A model generated the notes under the pieces. That model searched no databases, was not told where the DNA came from, and was given only the letters and a program-made list of their open reading frames with translations. 64,000 nt of DNA, taken from Vicinamibacterales bacterium (GTDB lineage Bacteria > Acidobacteriota > Vicinamibacteria > Vicinamibacterales > UBA8438). Position 1 is the first letter of the stretch; every line of letters begins with the position of its first letter. The stretch lies in assembly GCA_965218825.1 (NCBI GenBank), contig OZ244656.1:4765038-4829037 (forward strand), in the 5' to 3' direction. Both the position numbers and the translations under genes were made by a program. This document shows, one piece after another, positions 57,542 through 64,000 of this stretch.

Positions 57542-60500
57542 GTGGCCAGTAAGTCCCTTGCCGACCTGCCGCCCGACCAGCTTCCGCCGTGCATAGCTGA
57601 GCGCGCAACCTTCATAGCGCCGTTCCCGATCTCCATCACCAAGCGACATCCTTACGCCGAGCGGAACTCGGAGTCGCACGGCCATTTTCGCCAGACGCCC
57701 TACAGGATGCCTCCCTATAGCGCCGCGTGTGTCCCGTTTCGCTGGATGCTGACAAAGGAGAGTGCTGAGCTCGTCGAACGATATGACCTCGGTTTCCAAC
57801 CGGACCGCGAGCCGGATCTAGGGTTCGACTCCAACTGGATCCAAGAGCGATCGAACCAGCTGGTAATGTTAGATACCTTCTTTGGCGCCATTCGTTCCGA
57901 GGAATCCCTTTGCTTCTTCTACGCAAAAGACACGCCTCTGTCAGTATCGACGCGTCGGGTCATTGTCGGGATCGGCCTGGTGCGGTCGGTGAACGATCAC
58001 GTCGAGTACCAATACTCCACCTCGAATCCGCCCCATCGAAGTGTGATCTGGGAACGGAACGTCGAGCACTCGATAAGACCCGACTTCAAGGATGGTTTTC
58101 TGTTCCCTTACCGGGAGCTGTTTGATCTCGCCCTCGACAAGGGGCTTGACCCTGAGCAGTTCCTCGCGTTCGCGCCGGACGAGGCGTTCTCGAACTTCTC
58201 GTTCGCATCCGAGCACATCTCGCATGACCGCGCCATCGCGTCCGTTCTGAGCTGTATGCGGGCGCTGGAACGCATCGACGCTGTGCTGCCTGGTCCGTGG
58301 AGGCGAGTGTCAGCTTGGCTAGACCAACGACTAAACACGCTGTGGCGCATGCGCGGCCCGTTTCCCGGTTTTGGGTCCGCGCTCACCGCGTTCCTTGGCG
58401 ACGGTGGCAACCTAGTTGCCTACGAACTGGCCGAGGAGTGTGCGAAGGGAAGCAGCGACGGGAACGTCGATCCATGGCCAGTTCTCGAGCAAGTCATGCG
58501 AGCTCCGGACACAGCGACCGGCGCAGCGAAGGCCGTCATCGGTGAGGGTTTCGCCCGGGCGTGGCTGGCGATGACCCCAGAGCGGAAGGAGCTGTTGAAA
58601 CTTCTCAGCCGATTCTCGCTCGAGGCCTCCCAGGCCGGCCGGTTCTTCGATCCAGTTCAGCGGCCAGCCGACCTGGAGGACGCTGCTCTCATCGCCAATC
58701 CGTACCTGCTTTACGAGCATGATCGAGCGTCAGTCGAGCCCGTCTCCGTGCTGACGATCGATCGCGGGATGCTCCCCGATCGAGCTGTGCTCGAGGTGCA
58801 TCCGCTTCCCGATCGGTCTCAACTAGAGGACAAGGTAGATGTGCGACGTGTGCGCGCCCTTCTCGTGGCTGCGCTCGAGCGCGGCGCCGAGCAGGGACAC
58901 ACGCTGATGCCCCGAGGGTGGTTGACAACGTCGATCGCCAGTATGCCACTCGAAACAGACTGCCCTGTTGGACCAGAAGTGCTCGCTGGGCTCAAGGAGC
59001 TGCTCACTGGGGTCGTCGAGCCGGTCGACATGGCGGACGGAAGCTCAGGATACCAGCTCAGACGTTTCGCGGGCACCGCCGGGCTCATTCGTCGCACCGT
59101 ACAGAAACGCCTGGGACCCAAGACCCGGCGCCACAAGGGAAGCCACGACTTTCGCTCTGTAGTGGACCACTCGCTAGGGGATCTCCCCGCAGATCCAACC
59201 GAGGCGACGATCGAAGAGAGGGCTCGTATCGAGAAAGCTGCAGCGCTCGAGGAAGTCTTGGCGTCGAGACTCTCTGTACTCGTCGGAGCCGCAGGGACCG
59301 GCAAGACCACGCTCTTGAAGATGCTCGCCGGGCTGAAAGACGTGTCGACCGGCGGTGTCCTACTGCTCGCACCTACCGGAAAAGCGCGCGTGCAGCTGGA
59401 GACAAAGACCGAGATGGCCGGCGGACTCACGATCGCGCAGTTCCTGATGCGGCACGGCGAAAGATACGAACCAGACACCGGCCGTTACGTGGTCACCGGG
59501 AGTGCCAATCGCTGTGGCGACTATCGAACTGTGGTCGTCGATGAGTGCTCGATGCTCACGGAAGAACAGCTAGCCGCTTTGCTCGACGGCCTGAGCGGCG
59601 TCGACCGCTTTGTCCTAGTCGGTGACCCCCGGCAGCTTCCTCCCATCGGAAGCGGGCGCCCCTTCGTGGACATCGTCCGAGAACTTCAGCCCGAAGGCGT
59701 TGAACATCGCTTTCCCCGCGTCGGTCGAGGCTACGCCGAACTGACGATCCCGCGCCGCCAACAGGGAACGACACGGGCCGACCTACTGCTCGCTAGTTGG
59801 TTCGGGGGCAGCGCCGACCCTGCGGCAGACGAGATTTGGGACAGACTCGAAACCGAGAAGATGCCCGAGATCTGCCTCGAATCATGGACCGACCGCGAAG
59901 ACCTTCAGGCGAAGTTGCTTGCCCTAATCGTTGCGGAGCTCGGGCTCGAAGGGCAAGACGACGAAGTGGGCTTCGAATGCAGCCTGGGTGCGACCACCTA
60001 CAACGGCGGTACCTTCTTCTGGCGTAGTCGTAACCCCGAGGATGGGCTTAGGGCCGAGCGATGGCAGATCATCTCACCCGTGCGCGGCGCGGATCATGGT
60101 GTCGACTCGCTGAACCGGCTCATCCAGCAGACATTCCGGAAGATATGGCTGTCGCGCGCAACTGCCCGCCGATCCCGGAAGATCCACCGTCCGCTTGGTC
60201 GACAGGGGATCATCTACGGGGACAAGGTCATCAATTTGCAGAACAGTAGCAAACGGAGGGTGTATCCAGAGCGAACCTCATATGTAGCGAACGGCGACGT
60301 CGGTCTCGTTGTCGGCAACTACAAGACCAAGAAGCAGAAGAAGCTGTACCCCTATCTCGAGGTCGAATTTACCTCTCAGCAGGGCTACGACTACGACTTC
60401 GGTGTCTGGGAGTTCGGAGAAGAGGGCTCGTCGCCTCTCGAGCTCGCATACGCGCTGACTGTGCACAAGACACAGGGTAGCGAGTTCGGGATCACCTTCG

Positions 60501-61114
60501 TCGTGCTGCCGAATCCCTGCTGGCTGCTGTCCCGCGAGCTTCTGTATACAGCGTTGACACGACAACAGGATCGCGTAGTCATCCTCCATCAGGGCGGTGT
60601 GCGCGAGCTGCGCCGCTATGCGAGCGAGAAGCACTCCGACATCGCGCGTAGGCTGACCAATCTCTTCGCGCCTCCAAGTCCGGTCTCGTTCGAGGTAGAT
60701 GGCAGCGAGCGATTCCTCGAAGACCGGCTCATTCATCGCACGAAGCGCGGCGATCTCGTCCGGTCGAAGTCCGAAGTCATCATTGCCAACGAGCTCCTGG
60801 CGCAAGGGGTTGATCGCTACGAGTACGAGGCTGCACTCGCGCTACCGAACGGCGAGACGCGCTATCCGGATTTCACGATCGTGGACGACGACACGGGAGC
60901 ACGCTACTACTGGGAACACCTCGGGCTATTGCATAACCCGGACTACGCAGCGCGTTGGGAACGGAAGCTCAAGGTGTACCGCGCTGCCGAAATCCTTCCG
61001 CGTGAAGACGGTGGTGGAAATGCTGGCACGCTGATTGTGACGCGGGATGACGAGGCCGGCGGTATCGACGCCAAAGCAATCGCGGACTTAATCTCGGAGG
61101 TTCTCGCACCATGA
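57542..61114 (+). CDS. SF1 (RecD/TraA-like) helicase fused to a C-terminal PD-(D/E)xK-like nuclease, with a ~600-aa unassigned N-terminal region
   Basis: GAAGTGKTT (59285-59311), VVVDECSM (59531-59554), LVGDPRQLPPIG, ALTVHKTQGSEF, YTALTR. C-terminus RSKSEVIIANEL..YPDFTIVDD..YYWEHLG (60761-60925). The ORF-track start 57410 lies inside ISL3, so GTG 57542 is used as the first native in-frame start (uncertain). Confidence 0.8.
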   Translation: MASKSLADLPPDQLPPCIAERATFIAPFPISITKRHPYAERNSESHGHFRQTPYRMPPYSAACVPFRWMLTKESAELVERYDLGFQPDREPDLGFDSNWIQERSNQLVMLDTFFGAIRSEESLCFFYAKDTPLSVSTRRVIVGIGLVRSVNDHVEYQYSTSNPPHRSVIWERNVEHSIRPDFKDGFLFPYRELFDLALDKGLDPEQFLAFAPDEAFSNFSFASEHISHDRAIASVLSCMRALERIDAVLPGPWRRVSAWLDQRLNTLWRMRGPFPGFGSALTAFLGDGGNLVAYELAEECAKGSSDGNVDPWPVLEQVMRAPDTATGAAKAVIGEGFARAWLAMTPERKELLKLLSRFSLEASQAGRFFDPVQRPADLEDAALIANPYLLYEHDRASVEPVSVLTIDRGMLPDRAVLEVHPLPDRSQLEDKVDVRRVRALLVAALERGAEQGHTLMPRGWLTTSIASMPLETDCPVGPEVLAGLKELLTGVVEPVDMADGSSGYQLRRFAGTAGLIRRTVQKRLGPKTRRHKGSHDFRSVVDHSLGDLPADPTEATIEERARIEKAAALEEVLASRLSVLVGAAGTGKTTLLKMLAGLKDVSTGGVLLLAPTGKARVQLETKTEMAGGLTIAQFLMRHGERYEPDTGRYVVTGSANRCGDYRTVVVDECSMLTEEQLAALLDGLSGVDRFVLVGDPRQLPPIGSGRPFVDIVRELQPEGVEHRFPRVGRGYAELTIPRRQQGTTRADLLLASWFGGSADPAADEIWDRLETEKMPEICLESWTDREDLQAKLLALIVAELGLEGQDDEVGFECSLGATTYNGGTFFWRSRNPEDGLRAERWQIISPVRGADHGVDSLNRLIQQTFRKIWLSRATARRSRKIHRPLGRQGIIYGDKVINLQNSSKRRVYPERTSYVANGDVGLVVGNYKTKKQKKLYPYLEVEFTSQQGYDYDFGVWEFGEEGSSPLELAYALTVHKTQGSEFGITFVVLPNPCWLLSRELLYTALTRQQDRVVILHQGGVRELRRYASEKHSDIARRLTNLFAPPSPVSFEVDGSERFLEDRLIHRTKRGDLVRSKSEVIIANELLAQGVDRYEYEAALALPNGETRYPDFTIVDDDTGARYYWEHLGLLHNPDYAARWERKLKVYRAAEILPREDGGGNAGTLIVTRDDEAGGIDAKAIADLISEVLAP

Positions 61115-61152
61115 GTGCGAGCCATTTCCGAAGGCGCGGGCCTTCTTAGCGT

Positions 61153-61182
61153 GTGTCAAAAACGCAGAGCGTTTTTTGTGTG
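61153..61182. repeat. palindrome TGTCAAAAACGC-AGA-GCGTTTTTTGTGTG (partial 4th copy of the TGTC-rich repeat; possible terminator)
   Basis: About 40 nt after the helicase stop. It shares the aaacgcagagcgtttttt core with 47804-47830 and the flanking gcgagggcgccgg with copy 1. Confidence 0.45.
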
Positions 61183-61476
61183 GCGCCGCGGCGCGAGGGC
61201 GCCGGGGTGAGGCCCACTGATCACCGCCGCGACGGTAGACAAAAAACGGGTTGGACGAAACCGCAGCGAGATCCGTCTATGGGGATTCGATCGTCGGAGG
61301 CATGCCGTGAGCAGGTCGTGTGGCACGGCGGTGGACCCTGGGTGCGTGGGCGGAGCCGACGAGGGGGTGTGGCCGGACCGCCCGTGCCGGTGTGGTGGAT
61401 GAAACGCGCACACGACTCCTGACACGGGTGCTGGCCGCGGTGAAGTCGGCACGGGCGGCCGTCGAAAAGTGTGCGG

Positions 61477-62055
61477 TCATGACGAATCCAGAATCGCGGG
61501 GCGACGAGCGGTGGCGACCAGGCCGTCGACGAGCTGCATCTGCCCGTCGTGACACCGGGGACAGAGGCGCAACGACCGTCCGGTCAGGGCGTGATAGCGA
61601 TCCCGATAGTCGATGGACACCGGGGTGGCGTCCGGCCGGGTCGCTGACCGAGCGCCGAGGAGCTGTCGGCACTGCGCCACGTGCTGGTGCCGTGTCCGAT
61701 TCGCGAGCAGGCCGTAATACCGCATGCGGTGGAAGCCGCGCGGGAGCACATGCAGGAGGACGCGCCGGATGAACTCCGTCGCGGCCAGGGTCATGGTCTT
61801 CTGACCCGGTGCGTGGGGACGGCGGTAGTCGGTGTAGCGGAACTGGACCTGTCCCGCGGCGAGGGCGAGGAGCCGCTGGTTGGAGATGGCGATCCGATGC
61901 GTGTACCGGCCGACGTAATCGAGCACCTGGTTGGGCCCGGCGAAGGGCGGTTTCGCGTAGACCACCCACTCGGTCTGCCGGGCGGGCTGGAGATGGTCGG
62001 CAAAGTGCTGCCGATCGTTGAGGGCGTCGAGCGAGGGTGTCCCCAAGAAGTATCG
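61477..62055 (-). pseudogene. IS91-family transposase, C-terminal fragment
   Basis: WVVYAKPPFAGPNQVLDYVGRYTHRIAISNQRLLALAAGQVQFRYTDYR...TEFIRRVLLHVLPRGFHRMRYYGLLA. Confidence 0.75.
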
Positions 62056-62133
62056 GCTGCAGCGCGCAAAGCGATTTCGCATGTGCAGAAGAAGTGGTGG
62101 GCAGCTCAGAAGCTTGCAAAGAAGTAGCCTTCT

Positions 62134-62871
62134 ATGTCCTTTATTGTCGGCCTGAACCTCGAACAATACGCCCTTCTCGGAGCCGACACACGCGTTTCGT
62201 ACTATCCGGGCAACCGGCTCGTTTACCGAGACGACGAGACGAAAATCAGAACGACGTCGGTTGGACTAATCACCGGTGCGGGCTTGTGCGATCTCCTCGA
62301 CCCGGTCAAAGACCGAATGGCGGTTGAGGAACCGCCACATACTGATGCGATAAGGCAAGTCATCAGGGAAGAGTGCCGGGAAGCGCAGCGTCGCTTCGCG
62401 AACTGTCCTGACCAGCGGGTTCAAGAATCGTTGCAGACGACCGGCTGGATGATGACCTACCTCACCGATACCGAGCAGTACTTTCCGGCCGGGCTACGCG
62501 TAGCCATCATGGGCTCCGCAGATGAGAACAACCGCTTTCAGCTTGCGCCTCCTGGAATACCGGCGTACTTACCGTTTTCGGGGATTACACAGGAGCAGTA
62601 CGACGAGCTGCTCAAGATGCTCAAAGACGAACTGCGGCCGTGGAAGCAAGCTGACGAGTCGCTGAGCGACAACGTGGTTCATCATGTTGGGATCATCGCC
62701 CGAGTCATCAAGCGCGCCTCTGAGATGAGCGAGATGGTCTCTCCCACATTCCAGATTGGGATTCAGACCATCACGTTCGATGTCGGAATCTCAAACATCT
62801 TCAATCTGGATAGCCCGGACGACTTCGGTTTTCAGTGGGTTCCCAAAGCGGACACAGAAGCTGCACCATGA
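62134..62871 (+). CDS. hypothetical protein with a proteasome-beta/HslV-like (Ntn hydrolase) N-terminal pattern
   Basis: MSFIVGLNLEQYALLGADTRVSY...ETKIRTTSVGLITGAGL parallels (T)TIVGv..dgVvLAADTRaT...KI..i....AGs of proteasome-type Ntn hydrolases, with Ser2 in the nucleophile position. GC is lower than in the neighbours. Confidence 0.5.
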   Translation: MSFIVGLNLEQYALLGADTRVSYYPGNRLVYRDDETKIRTTSVGLITGAGLCDLLDPVKDRMAVEEPPHTDAIRQVIREECREAQRRFANCPDQRVQESLQTTGWMMTYLTDTEQYFPAGLRVAIMGSADENNRFQLAPPGIPAYLPFSGITQEQYDELLKMLKDELRPWKQADESLSDNVVHHVGIIARVIKRASEMSEMVSPTFQIGIQTITFDVGISNIFNLDSPDDFGFQWVPKADTEAAP

Positions 62872-63071
62872 ACGAATGTTTCTTCTGTGGGCCGACAGAG
62901 CGTCCGCTCACCGACGAACACGTCTGGCCGAAGTGGGTGTCGAAGCTGCTGCAAGACAAGTACGGAGCCGACCACTTCGTTCACATCCGCTCGACCGGCA
63001 GTAGCACTGAGGGCTACTGGAAGTCACCTCATCTCCAGGTCACAATCGACAGTCTGTGTGAAACGTGCAGC
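62868..63071 (+). pseudogene. HNH_5-type endonuclease-like protein, N-terminal fragment
   Basis: The start overlaps the upstream stop (ATGA). MNECFFCGPTERPLTDEHVWPKW...SLCETC fits the C.fC...lT.EH..P...C..CN pattern. It is cut by an IS5 remnant at about 63072. Confidence 0.5.
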
Positions 63072-63200
63072 CCCGCAGGGCGGGGGACTGAGGTCGTCCT
63101 CGCGTGCAACATCCTGAATCAGATGACTGGGCTTGGCAGGCCAATGTCGTACCGCATCGGTCGGTGAAGGAACTGTGGATCGGGACCGGTGCGGGCTAGC
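63072..63200 (+). pseudogene. IS5-family remnant (transposase C-terminus plus end region)
   Basis: GRGTEVVLACNILNQMTGLGRPMSYRIGR, then ctgtggatcgggaccggtgcggg, which resembles the IS5 3' end. Confidence 0.65.
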
Positions 63201-63212
63201 TCCGATTCATGC

Positions 63213-63257
63213 GCGCCTGCTGCGCCAGATACTCGACGAGTTGGTCCCCGGCGTCGA
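63213..63257 (-). pseudogene. 45-bp fragment of a fourth integrase paralog (3' coding region)
   Basis: gcgcctgctgcgccagatactcgacgagttggtccccggcgtcga is identical to 52213-52257. Confidence 0.7.
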
Positions 63258-63475
63258 ACCAATACTTGAACAACATCGTGGAGCAGGATCATCGAGCGAT
63301 CAAACGACGCGTAACAGCGAAGCAGGGCTTTCGTGCATTCCACGCGGCGCGGCGAACGATCCAAGGCTACGAGGCCATGCACATGATCCGGAAGGGGCAG
63401 GCGAGGTGGGTGAGCGGTTCGGATGGTCGGCGACAGATTCAGTTCATCAACAAGCTGTTCGGGATGGTTGCATGA
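63258..63475 (+). pseudogene. IS6-family (IS26-like lineage) transposase, C-terminal fragment
   Basis: QYLNNIVEQDHRAIKRRVTAKQGFRAFHAARRTIQGYEAMHMIRKGQARWVSG...FINKLFGMVA. Confidence 0.75.
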
Positions 63476-63623
63476 GACGGCGCCTGCTCGACCCGACCCA
63501 TCGCTCTCCTGCCTCTTTTTGAAAGTTGCAACACATCCCTCGTAGATCCCATCCTCGTCCCGGGCGGCTCGCCCGCCGGGCATGAGGCCGCTGGCGGCGA
63601 CCGTGAGGCGACGCCCCGCTGGC

Positions 63624-63807
63624 GGGTGTGGCCCTGCGCCGACGAGTGGCATCCAGCCTTCCGGCATGCACCCGCAGCCGGGCCCGGGGTGTGCTCGTGT
63701 TCGGCGACGTCGGCCCGCCCCGTCGCCGCGTGTGCCGCGATCGCGGGCCGCTTCGTACCTGTGGGGCCCGTGCGCGAGCCGCGGCGCACAGACGGGCGGT
63801 GTCCGGC
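63624..63807 (+). repeat. ~184-bp repeat arm downstream of integrase 3 (full length)
   Basis: It aligns as an inverted copy with 33548-33730. Its inner part is also present at 51977-52095 and 32309-32356. Confidence 0.7.
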
Positions 63808-63850
63808 TCCCACCGCCCCGAAGCGGCGAGCTGATGCCGGGGGGACGCCC

Positions 63851-64000
63851 TTACGCGGTGCCGCGTCGTACGAGGCGGAGAGGTGATGCGGTGCGCGGGG
63901 CGGCGGCGCCGGCCGTGTGGGGTCGCTGGCGGGCTGGCACCGCTGGCGCCTGCTGCGCCAGATCCTCGACGAGTTGGTCCCCGGCGTCGAGCAGTTCCTG
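63851..64000 (-). CDS. tyrosine recombinase/integrase, paralog 3 (3' end only, continues beyond the window)
   Basis: The reverse complement encodes ...QELLDAGDQLVEDLAQQAPA...; nucleotide-level similarity to the 3' ends of paralogs 1 and 2, stop at 63851-63853. Confidence 0.75.
   Translation of the reverse strand, partial: QELLDAGDQLVEDLAQQAPAVPARQRPHTAGAAAPRTASPLRLVRRGTA

Noticed and set aside
61145-61187. Tn21-type 38-bp terminal inverted repeat (the reverse complement ends ...CACGCTAAG like Tn21 IRs)
   Set aside because: Only the last ~9 nt match. The outer end lacks the GGGG start. The sequence is internally palindromic and better explained as the TGTC-type palindrome shared with 47804-47830. 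It is kept only as a remote possibility.

Overview
GC-rich bacterial accessory region. The host looks Acidobacteria/Gemmatimonadetes-like, inferred only from CarboxypepD_reg-type TonB receptors and from PadR and Ser/Thr-kinase fragments. No computation or database search was possible. Ordinary genes sit in short islands: ggt, an esterase, a cyclase-family gene, a KamA radical-SAM gene, a TonB receptor + sulfatase + FG-GAP lipoprotein block, an SGNH hydrolase and a GT4 glycosyltransferase. These islands are embedded in a very dense mosaic of mobile DNA. Intact or near-intact elements are: two ISL3 copies, two identical IS5-family copies, two full and one deleted copy of an IS481-like element, and one each of IS110, IS256 and IS1595-like. 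Fragments are present from IS3, IS6 (two lineages), IS110, IS630, IS91, IS1182/IS5 and Tn3-like elements, plus MobC/relaxase remnants. The left edge carries a P4-like island module (primase-alpA-xis-XRE). The observations most worth follow-up are these. (1) An orphan ~1,190-aa SF1 helicase is fused to a PD-(D/E)xK-like nuclease and a ~600-aa unassigned N-terminal region; it lies next to a lone terminase large subunit and has an ISL3 insertion just upstream. (2) A type 1 BREX locus is decayed to brxA-brxB-brxC'. (3) Three paralogous tyrosine recombinase genes are associated with ~184-bp inverted repeats. (4) A tRNA-Arg(TCT) gene is split into two halves lying about 7 kb apart in inverted orientation. 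(5) An IS5-mediated inversion can be read from a 9-bp target duplication split between two IS copies. (6) A truncated gene pair encodes a proteasome-like Ntn hydrolase and an HNH_5 protein. No CRISPR array, rRNA or intact tRNA was seen. Many long ORFs in the track are antisense or alternative-frame artefacts of the high GC content.
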